Positions 16,941-23,374 of a stretch of 38,022 nucleotides of DNA are shown in pieces (positions within the stretch are counted from its first letter, which is position 1; each line of letters starts with the position of its first letter). The notes beneath the pieces are model-generated. The model was given only the letters and a program-made list of their open reading frames with translations. It was not told where the DNA came from and ran no database searches. Position numbers and translations under genes: made by a program. The stretch comes from a virus (lineage: Duplodnaviria > Caudoviricetes): the IMG/VR virus record IMGVR_UViG_3300032320_000871, positions 1 through 38,022 of that record. One strand, 5' to 3'.

Positions 16941-18550
16941 AGTTCCTCCATTACAGTTTCAATCATGCGTCCTGTATCCATGTCGTACTTCAACGCACAA
17001 GCAGGGCCTGTGAGTCCATTGTAGCGATTCTTAGCCACTGCAACCTTGGTCGTGTGACGCACGTTAGGATCGGTGCTCATGGAGTTACGTTCTAAGGTGA
17101 TCACAGCATCGGACAACTGAGCGATAGCACCTGAGCCTCGCAGCTGAGACAACGAGACAGCTTCTCCGTCCTCATGTCCCTTGTTCGATGTGCTAGGTCG
17201 CTTCAGGTGCGATACACAGATCAAGGTAATACCAGTCTCTTGCACCAATGTACGCAGACGAGTCATCAATACATCAATCGACTTACGCTCATCGTTGCCA
17301 TCCATACCAGAGACAACAAGAGAAATATGGTCGAGGAAAACCACACGACAATCACAGGCACGAGCCATGTATCGAATGCGGTTAAGGACGTTGTCAATAG
17401 CCAGAGAGCCAAAATGGTCAAACAGGAATACACGATTAGTACCGAGAGTAGCATCGAAAGCCTCCTTTAATTCTCGTTCTGTGACGGGTGTATCTGGCAA
17501 ATGTAGCTTTTTATTTGCTTGCAGTGACATAATAGATCGGGCAGTCTTTCGCACCGACTCTTCGAGGAACATCCCCCCAACATTCCACTTAGTTGTTCTA
17601 AGGATTTGGAATAGGATTTCTCTAAGGAATTGACTCTTTCCGAGGCCACTGCCAGCAGTGACTGTAATGAGTTCACTCGATCTGAGTCCGTAGAGGAGTT
17701 CATTAAGTCCTTTGAATGGATAGAATGCCTCAGCGACTGGCTCAGGTGCAGATACGCTGTCCCAAAGTGTTGAGGCTTGGATGATCCCATCGGGTACATA
17801 ACTCTCAGCTCTCCACCACTGGTTAACGTATTCAGCTCCTCGTCCGTTAGAGAGGTAATCACAGGCATCTTTGCACTCCTTTAAATGTTTAACTATTTTA
17901 ACCTTGTTGCCAAAGAGTTCAGCTACGTCCTTAGCTGCCTTCTGTCCCACCTCATCAGCGTCAAAACAGATCACGATAGTCTCGAAGCTATCTAGGTACT
18001 CATACTGAGCCTTGCAGTCTTTAACAGCCGCTGAAGCCCCATTACGGATGCTCACAGTAGGCCACTTGCTGCCTGTCATCTGATACGAAGCCAATGCGTC
18101 TAGTTCACCCTCAACAATGGTGATATACTTCCCCTCTTTCTGAAACAAGGACTGTCCGAACAAGGTAGCTTTGTTGAAGTTCCCTGCAATGGAGAATGTC
18201 TTGTTCTCTACAGATCGGATCTTTTCAGCTACTTTAGCGCCTGTTTCATCAAAGTAAGGGTAGTAGTGCTTCCCTGTCTCCTGTGTGACACCGAAGAACT
18301 CACAGGTTTCCCTAACGATCCCTCTGTCCACTATGGCCTTCACTTCCCCTTGTGTCTTCATTGTAAATACCTTAGTTTTGTTAACGTGTCGATTTTCGGT
18401 GTGATTTTCGACATATTCGCCCGATGTGTACGTTTGACAACTATGACAGTACGTATGCCCGTCATCATAGAAACTGTTGGCATCTGAGCTACCACAAGCC
18501 TCACAAGGGCCATGACGTAGGAACTTAGAAGCTACTTTGAGGTTACTCAT
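16937..18550 (-). CDS. DNA primase-helicase (T7 gp4-like)
   Basis: CEACGSSDA..YCHSC zinc-binding domain, VEGELDA and CFDAD TOPRIM motifs, AGSGLGKS Walker A, FLDHI, LRGSGAIAQLSD, KNR. Confidence 0.96.
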   Translation of the reverse strand: MSNLKVASKFLRHGPCEACGSSDANSFYDDGHTYCHSCQTYTSGEYVENHTENRHVNKTKVFTMKTQGEVKAIVDRGIVRETCEFFGVTQETGKHYYPYFDETGAKVAEKIRSVENKTFSIAGNFNKATLFGQSLFQKEGKYITIVEGELDALASYQMTGSKWPTVSIRNGASAAVKDCKAQYEYLDSFETIVICFDADEVGQKAAKDVAELFGNKVKIVKHLKECKDACDYLSNGRGAEYVNQWWRAESYVPDGIIQASTLWDSVSAPEPVAEAFYPFKGLNELLYGLRSSELITVTAGSGLGKSQFLREILFQILRTTKWNVGGMFLEESVRKTARSIMSLQANKKLHLPDTPVTERELKEAFDATLGTNRVFLFDHFGSLAIDNVLNRIRYMARACDCRVVFLDHISLVVSGMDGNDERKSIDVLMTRLRTLVQETGITLICVSHLKRPSTSNKGHEDGEAVSLSQLRGSGAIAQLSDAVITLERNSMSTDPNVRHTTKVAVAKNRYNGLTGPACALKYDMDTGRMIETVMEEL

Positions 18551-18830
18551 AGTCATCATAGCAGTCATCCTCTTTGTCTACTGTAGCGTTTCCTGTACCG
18601 CCACAAGCGCGACAACTAGAGCCGTCATACATGCCCTCGCCTGAGCCACTACAGACATGGCAGTAGTCGTACTCATCTATTTCATCGGTGTAGTCTTCAT
18701 TGTCTTCATGTTCGTCAATCATAGGTGTTTCCTCTTTCTTGCCAAAGATACGATCCCAGTTGTCACGGACTGCTTGTGCGTCTTCCTTACGCCTCGCAGA
18801 ACCTTTACCGCCGTCTGAGTGGCTTGACAT
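18543..18830 (-). CDS. Hypothetical protein with DnaJ-type CxxCxGxG zinc finger
   Basis: CHVCSGSG...CRACGGTG; N-terminal GGKGS.RR...NWDRIF module. Confidence 0.75.
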   Translation of the reverse strand: MSSHSDGGKGSARRKEDAQAVRDNWDRIFGKKEETPMIDEHEDNEDYTDEIDEYDYCHVCSGSGEGMYDGSSCRACGGTGNATVDKEDDCYDDYE

Positions 18831-18966
18831 ATTGTTGTTCCTTTAACCATTGTTCAAATTTAAGGTCTGTTTCCTGAGGCGTAGACCTCTTCTTCTTATG
18901 TGATCGCTTAGGCGGCACTGGTTCCCATTTAGGCCACGGTGCATTGGGTACGAGGACTGTCTTCAT
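18805..18966 (-). CDS. Hypothetical basic protein (53 aa); not in ORF track
   Basis: MKTVLVPNAPWPKWEPVPPKRSHKKKRSTPQETDLKFEQWLKEQQYVKPLRRR*. Confidence 0.6.
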   Translation of the reverse strand: MKTVLVPNAPWPKWEPVPPKRSHKKKRSTPQETDLKFEQWLKEQQYVKPLRRR

Positions 18967-19008
18967 GGCTTCTGTTCCCGTTTTGGTAACAATAGATTGA
19001 GAATGTAA

Positions 19009-19176
19009 TTAAGCATGGTGATTCTTCCCCTTCAATGCTGATTCAATGGCCTTAGCGAATTGACGGATGAATACGATCATAGGCTTACCCTTCTGAATTG
19101 TTCGACTGTAGACTTCATGCTCAATGATGCTCACTTCGTCATCAGTTAAGCCTACCCATTCTGTATCTTGATTCAT
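19009..19176 (-). CDS. Hypothetical protein (55 aa, WVGLTD motif); not in ORF track
   Basis: MNQDTEWVGLTDDEV...FAKAIESALKGKNHHA*; SD GAGG. Confidence 0.75.
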   Translation of the reverse strand: MNQDTEWVGLTDDEVSIIEHEVYSRTIQKGKPMIVFIRQFAKAIESALKGKNHHA

Positions 19177-19179
19177 AGC

Positions 19180-19332
19180 TTAGTTTTCCTCAATAAAGTC
19201 AATTTCAGCAGTTGGATACTTATCTAAAAGTTTATCCAAAGCGTCATCTTCATCATCACCAGTAAAACACTCACAGATAGGCTCAATACCCTTCTGATCG
19301 TCATGGGTAAAATAAATATAGTACTTATTCAT
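19180..19332 (-). CDS. Hypothetical acidic protein (50 aa); not in ORF track
   Basis: MNKYYIYFTHDDQKGIEPICECFTGDDEDDALDKLLDKYPTAEIDFIEEN*; SD GGAGG; ATGA coupling. Confidence 0.7.
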   Translation of the reverse strand: MNKYYIYFTHDDQKGIEPICECFTGDDEDDALDKLLDKYPTAEIDFIEEN

Positions 19333-19562
19333 AGCTTAACGTCCTCCCATTTAGACAAGTCAGCGATGATGTCAGCTAGAACGCTCTCAGAGAGACCTTT
19401 ATAGGCTTGGTAGCCTTGGGTAGCTGCCTTGAGACTTTCGAGCATCTGACAGGCTTCTAAGCCCTTTAAAGCATACTTGTGCGCTAAGACCTGCTCAGGT
19501 TTAGACAAGTCATAAGTTAATGTTGCACGACCGCCCATAGGCGTAGTATTTGTTCCACTCAT
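19329..19562 (-). CDS. Hypothetical protein
   Basis: ATLTYDLSKPEQVLAHKYALKG; start uncertain (19592 GTG, 19562 ATG or 19538 ATG). Confidence 0.65.
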   Translation of the reverse strand: MSGTNTTPMGGRATLTYDLSKPEQVLAHKYALKGLEACQMLESLKAATQGYQAYKGLSESVLADIIADLSKWEDVKL

Positions 19563-19638
19563 ATAAAAATACCCTTTCGATGTTGTTGTCACTTAAGTGA
19601 CACTTTGATTAAAGTTAAGACAAAAACAATCAATGCCA

Positions 19639-19800
19639 TCACCATTGTTTATTTCCCATAGCTGTCCTTAGATCAGTCGTTACTTTATCCCACCCATGTT
19701 CAACAATCAATTCCACAAAAGCATTAATCGTATGGACATAATGTGCTTCTTTTTGTAACAAGACATAATCATCTTCGTGTTGAGTTACAATTTCTTCCAT
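19639..19800 (-). CDS. Hypothetical protein (53 aa); not in ORF track
   Basis: MEEIVTQHEDDYVLLQKEAHYVHTINAFVELIVEHGWDKVTTDLRTAMGNKQW*; SD AAGGGGG. Confidence 0.75.
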   Translation of the reverse strand: MEEIVTQHEDDYVLLQKEAHYVHTINAFVELIVEHGWDKVTTDLRTAMGNKQW

Positions 19801-19889
19801 GATTCCCCCTTTTATCTTTTAAGACTACTTAGTATTCTTCTTAAGTAGTATATAAATAGTGTATTTAACATAGAAGTCTCTTAAACTTC

Positions 19890-20159
19890 TTAGTCTTCTC
19901 TAGAGTCATTAGAGTTTACATCATAGCTATAATGTATGTCCAAGTCTTCTAGGGAAACTTCGTTGCCCGTGGTGTCCAGATCGTCATCGTCAACATCGAA
20001 GTCTTGTTCAGTCATCAATGATCGATTGTCAATGGTAGGGATGATTGTCTTCACATCCTCGAAACAAACTTTACATAAGTCTAAGAACTGAAATGTAATA
20101 GCGTGTTTTCGTGTGGCCTCGAAGTCACTTAAAAGTCTATCGCAGTTGATACAATGAAT
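19890..20159 (-). CDS. CxxC...CxxC zinc-finger protein with acidic tail, apparent ATT start (89 aa); not in ORF track
   Basis: (I/M)HCINCDRLLSDFEATRKHAITFQFLDLCKVCFEDVK...; in-frame TAG four codons upstream; SD AGGA 7 nt before ATT. Confidence 0.7.
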   Translation of the reverse strand: MHCINCDRLLSDFEATRKHAITFQFLDLCKVCFEDVKTIIPTIDNRSLMTEQDFDVDDDDLDTTGNEVSLEDLDIHYSYDVNSNDSRED

Positions 20160-20207
20160 TTTCCGTTCCTACCCTTCTCCGTGTATGGATTGTTTAAAAT
20201 AACGCCT

Positions 20208-20339
20208 TTAAAGCCCCATTAAAGGGCTCTCAGGCACATTCTTGAGTTGATCCTCTGCCCACTTCCTCTGCTGCTCAGGTGTCCAAGGTGTCAATGGGTT
20301 ATCTTTAGACGGGAAAGGCCATGTATGTTGTATTTTCAC
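20208..20339 (-). CDS. Hypothetical protein (43 aa, WPFP motif); not in ORF track
   Basis: GTG start; MKIQHTWPFPSKDNPLTPWTPEQQRKWAEDQLKNVPESPLMGL*; SD GGAGG. Confidence 0.65.
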   Translation of the reverse strand: MKIQHTWPFPSKDNPLTPWTPEQQRKWAEDQLKNVPESPLMGL

Positions 20340-20394
20340 CACAAGTCCTCCGCAATGATGTAGTCGACAATATAGCCCATAATGATAATGATTG

Positions 20395-20637
20395 TCATTT
20401 TGAAGGTGTTCCCCACATAGAAGGGAATTTATCCAATGGATTAGGCCCCAATGAATACTGTTGTTTATTTACCACAGTCACCATTGAATCCTTGAATTCC
20501 TGATATACGTCATCATCCTCCCATAAGCGCAGCATGTGCTCTTTATTCATTGCATCATATCGATCACAGATAAAATCACAATAAGCACAATCTAGGTTTC
20601 CCCTGTCGAATTGATCCTCGAATTCCTGTTCTGTCAT
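20395..20637 (-). CDS. Hypothetical acidic protein
   Basis: 80 aa ORF with SD GGAG in the early operon. Confidence 0.7.
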   Translation of the reverse strand: MTEQEFEDQFDRGNLDCAYCDFICDRYDAMNKEHMLRLWEDDDVYQEFKDSMVTVVNKQQYSLGPNPLDKFPSMWGTPSK

Positions 20638-20641
20638 AATG

Positions 20642-20887
20642 TCATTCTCCCATATGGTAGGTTAAATTGTCCACAGCATCCATGCAATTATCCCATTCCC
20701 TGAAATAATCTAGATCTGTCACGTCAGCATAAGCACTCAATGCAGGTGAATACTTATGTAGTACTTTATTCATTTCAGACATCAAAGCCTTCAATTCATC
20801 ACGTGTTGACACTAATTCGTCACACAATGGATTCCCTTCGCGCCATAATCGGCGTTCTAGTTCAATAAAATCACGATTGTTTAGCAT
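20642..20887 (-). CDS. Hypothetical protein
   Basis: 81 aa helical ORF, co-oriented and tightly packed. Confidence 0.7.
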   Translation of the reverse strand: MLNNRDFIELERRLWREGNPLCDELVSTRDELKALMSEMNKVLHKYSPALSAYADVTDLDYFREWDNCMDAVDNLTYHMGE

Positions 20888-20984
20888 TGTCTTGCTCTTT
20901 CTTTTGTTGTGCCTTCCAACGTGCGTTAGTGGCGTCCCAAGCTTTACGAAATGCCTCGTTTTGTTCTGGTGTATTGTGCGACAT
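20871..20984 (-). CDS. Hypothetical protein (37 aa); not in ORF track
   Basis: MSHNTPEQNEAFRKAWDATNARWKAQQKKEQDNAKQS*; SD AAGGGG. Confidence 0.6.
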   Translation of the reverse strand: MSHNTPEQNEAFRKAWDATNARWKAQQKKEQDNAKQS

Positions 20985-20985
20985 A

Positions 20986-21360
20986 TTAGCCCCTTACATG
21001 GATGATTTCAAAATGATCACGCATAAAAATCTGTGCATCTAATTCGTCACGCGCTACTAACCCGCCTAAAATGGCATTGTATACGTCACGTTTAGAATGA
21101 TAATAACCCGCGTGTTCGTCTCCGTCACGGAAATTAGCCCATTGATTCTGACGATAATTGCGCTCAATGTCACGTTTAAGGGAATGCTCACGATAGTAAG
21201 CTTTGAACCCGTTCAGATTGTAATGTGCGATAAACCCTGAGCATAGGTATAAATACTTATAACCCGTACTGTTAAGCTTTTCAATATCAGTGCAAGCTTT
21301 GAGCACATTAGAGACAATCAAAGCTTTTTGACGTGATGTAAGCGGTTCAAGATTAGACAT
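20986..21360 (-). CDS. Hypothetical early protein
   Basis: 124 aa; YLYLCSGFIAHYNLNGF; TAATG-coupled. Confidence 0.75.
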   Translation of the reverse strand: MSNLEPLTSRQKALIVSNVLKACTDIEKLNSTGYKYLYLCSGFIAHYNLNGFKAYYREHSLKRDIERNYRQNQWANFRDGDEHAGYYHSKRDVYNAILGGLVARDELDAQIFMRDHFEIIHVRG

Positions 21361-21566
21361 TATTTAACCCCTTTGATCAAGCCGTTTTCCATTGTCACGT
21401 TAGCAAAGAATTCTCGCCCCTTGCCGGTAATATACGGACGATTCGCGCCCGTAAGAGTACCATTGTCACGATATTCCGGCCCGAATACACTGGTTTCAAT
21501 GTAACGTAGTGGCTTACCGATAGATTCTTTAAGTACTTTTTTAGATTCGTAGTTGAAAACTAACAT
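21360..21566 (-). CDS. Hypothetical early protein
   Basis: 68 aa; YESKKVLKESIGKPLRYIETSVFGPEY...REFFANVTM; SD AAGGA. Confidence 0.8.
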   Translation of the reverse strand: MLVFNYESKKVLKESIGKPLRYIETSVFGPEYRDNGTLTGANRPYITGKGREFFANVTMENGLIKGVK

Positions 21567-21647
21567 TGTTGATCCTTAACAAGTTATCGGGCAAAGTTAC
21601 CCCGTAAACCCTAGAATTAAGGGCTTACAGTGTAGATCTAAACCGGC

Positions 21648-21794
21648 TTAAAATCTAGCGATATACTCCGCTTCGATCAAGCCATATGATCCCGATTGTT
21701 TAAGTTTAGACATAAGATCCGGATATTCCCATGACATAATCTTGAAAATTTCTATGTGACTAGTGATCACGTTGAATGCTTGAATGCGATACAC
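21648..21794 (-). CDS. Hypothetical protein (48 aa, GTG start); not in ORF track
   Basis: MYRIQAFNVITSHIEIFKIMSWEYPDLMSKLKQSGSYGLIEAEYIARF*; SD AAGGGGA. Confidence 0.65.
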   Translation of the reverse strand: MYRIQAFNVITSHIEIFKIMSWEYPDLMSKLKQSGSYGLIEAEYIARF

Positions 21795-21805
21795 GATAGA
21801 TCCCC

Positions 21806-22519
21806 TTAATTAACTACGAAACCCGTAGTGTCACGTTTTGCCGCGCCCTTAGCGTATAAACCTACAATAACCCCTTGATCATCTAGGTGTCTAACGTCAC
21901 TGTTATCGCCGGAAACTACCTTGATGCCTTTGAATGACAATGGGATATTCTCAATTTTACGGAAAACTACCGCCATACGTAAACCCTTAGATTGTGCTTT
22001 TTCTACATATGGCGCGAACGATTCAACGCCACTATAGCTAAAGGTTAGATCGTAGTTTACGGGAAGATCTTTCCGGTTAGCATCTTTTGTATAGTCATAG
22101 AATTGAACGTCCGGAAAAGCTTCAAAAATGTTATCGTATGATTCAAAGGGGACATTTTCCCAGCGAATATCTGAAGTGCCGTTAAGACGTACCAAAGGTT
22201 TCAAGCCCTTAGACTCCGCTTTTTTGATCAAGTTTTTAATATTCTTAAACAACTGAGACATAAATTCGTCCCGTGATTCGTAGAAATACAGTGTCTTATC
22301 TATGCGTGATTGTTGAACGTTATTGAAGGCACCACGTCCGGCACTGTAGAGACATGCTTTATCGCATTGTGCTAACTTAGCCATTGAGCACGTATTGTAT
22401 TTAGTAGTCCTAGCCGGTGCAAGATAGAGAATGCCAGTGAGATAACCTATTTTCTCGCCCTTGATAGTCTTACTGTCCGTGCTAATGGACAATAGGTTTT
22501 TAGATTTCTTGAATGTCAT
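21806..22519 (-). CDS. GP88-family protein (radical-SAM-like Cys triad)
   Basis: ILYLAPA, C-x7-C-x3-C, AGRG, VRLNGTSDIRWE, FYDYTK and GLYAKG motifs. Confidence 0.75.
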   Translation of the reverse strand: MTFKKSKNLLSISTDSKTIKGEKIGYLTGILYLAPARTTKYNTCSMAKLAQCDKACLYSAGRGAFNNVQQSRIDKTLYFYESRDEFMSQLFKNIKNLIKKAESKGLKPLVRLNGTSDIRWENVPFESYDNIFEAFPDVQFYDYTKDANRKDLPVNYDLTFSYSGVESFAPYVEKAQSKGLRMAVVFRKIENIPLSFKGIKVVSGDNSDVRHLDDQGVIVGLYAKGAAKRDTTGFVVN

Positions 22520-22556
22520 ATCGATCCTTGATAAGTTAGTTGATTGAATGCTTAGT

Positions 22557-22634
22557 TTAAGCGGTTAGCCATACCACTAGAATAGCGATAAACCCTAGGA
22601 TATAGATAACTGTATCATGTAATTGAGATTTCAT
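22557..22634 (-). CDS. First early gene: 25-aa hydrophobic peptide; not in ORF track
   Basis: MKSQLHDTVIYILGFIAILVVWLTA*; SD AAGGGG 6 nt upstream. Confidence 0.6.
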   Translation of the reverse strand: MKSQLHDTVIYILGFIAILVVWLTA

Positions 22635-22673
22635 TTTAAGCCCCTTGATTGTCGTTAATGATGCATTGTATAT

Positions 22674-22689
22674 TGCACGATACATGCCA
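22674..22689 (-). promoter_or_regulatory. Putative sigma54 (-24/-12) promoter for the early arm
   Basis: Minus strand TGGCATGTATCGTGCA; GG-N10-GC spacing is exact; predicted +1 near 22663, just upstream of the first SD. Confidence 0.6.
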
Positions 22690-22785
22690 ACTATGATTTT
22701 GTAGTACTACAGTATTAATTATCTATTGTATTGTCTTAGAATGTTACCTATTGTCTTATGTGTTGTTTTTATGCAACACTTATGA

Positions 22786-22802
22786 TGCACTGATAGTGTG
22801 CA
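22786..22802. promoter_or_regulatory. NtrC-type enhancer palindrome
   Basis: TGCACTGATAGTGTGCA = TGCAC-N7-GTGCA, centred about 131 bp upstream of the predicted +1. Confidence 0.5.
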
Positions 22803-22825
22803 CTTATGCCCCATGATGAATAAAC

Positions 22826-22834
22826 TGTGGATAA
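22826..22834 (-). promoter_or_regulatory. Perfect DnaA box
   Basis: TGTGGATAA = reverse complement of TTATCCACA, in non-coding DNA. Confidence 0.45.
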
Positions 22835-23346
22835 CTTTTAACTGTTTTGGTGCAGATTTGCTTACACGTAACTGACTGTTGTTTTTATACCACACTTCAG
22901 AGACTAGGTGTTTACCCTTAGATCTAAATAGTTATACTAAATAGGTGCTACATAGCCCTACACTGTCTCTTTTATACAACACTTTAGAGATCTGTTGTGT
23001 AAATACAACACTTAGGGTTACTACTTAGAACCTTTGGAGTACTTGATAGGGGGGGGGGGAGGGGTGGGCTTGTGTGTTTACTTTTGCTGTACCCTCTGAA
23101 ATACACAAAAAAGAGCATGGAAGAAAAGACAACAAAGTAACTAAAAAGACATTAAAGATCAAGGACATAGAGACTCTAGAGATCTGTTGTGTTAATACAA
23201 CATTAATGTAGACCTAATCTGTGCACAGGAGGGCTACCATAGGCCCCTTGAGGACTACAATGTGGACACAAGAGGACTATGAAGATAGAAGAATTAGAGA
23301 GTTGACTCTAATATGGATGTCTAAGTAAATAAATAGTAAATAAAGC

Positions 23347-23374
23347 TTGACAATCCTAAAAAGTACTATATAAT
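23347..23374 (+). promoter_or_regulatory. sigma70 promoter for the packaging/late arm
   Basis: TTGACA-N16-TATAAT, both hexamers perfect. Confidence 0.8.

Larger units (their letters stand above)
22761..23202. repeat. Five dispersed 18-bp TGT-N12-ACA palindromes (consensus TGTTGT-N6-ACAACA)
   Basis: Copies at 22761, 22877, 22964, 22993 and 23185. Confidence 0.8.

Noticed and set aside
20160-20172. TAG stop-codon reassignment to explain the missing start of the zinc-finger gene
   Set aside because: Core genes are intact under the standard code, and TAG ends the 8542-8694 gene right at the terminator
22761-23202. CRISPR mini-array
   Set aside because: Repeats are only 18 bp, degenerate and irregularly spaced (29-192 bp); no cas genes
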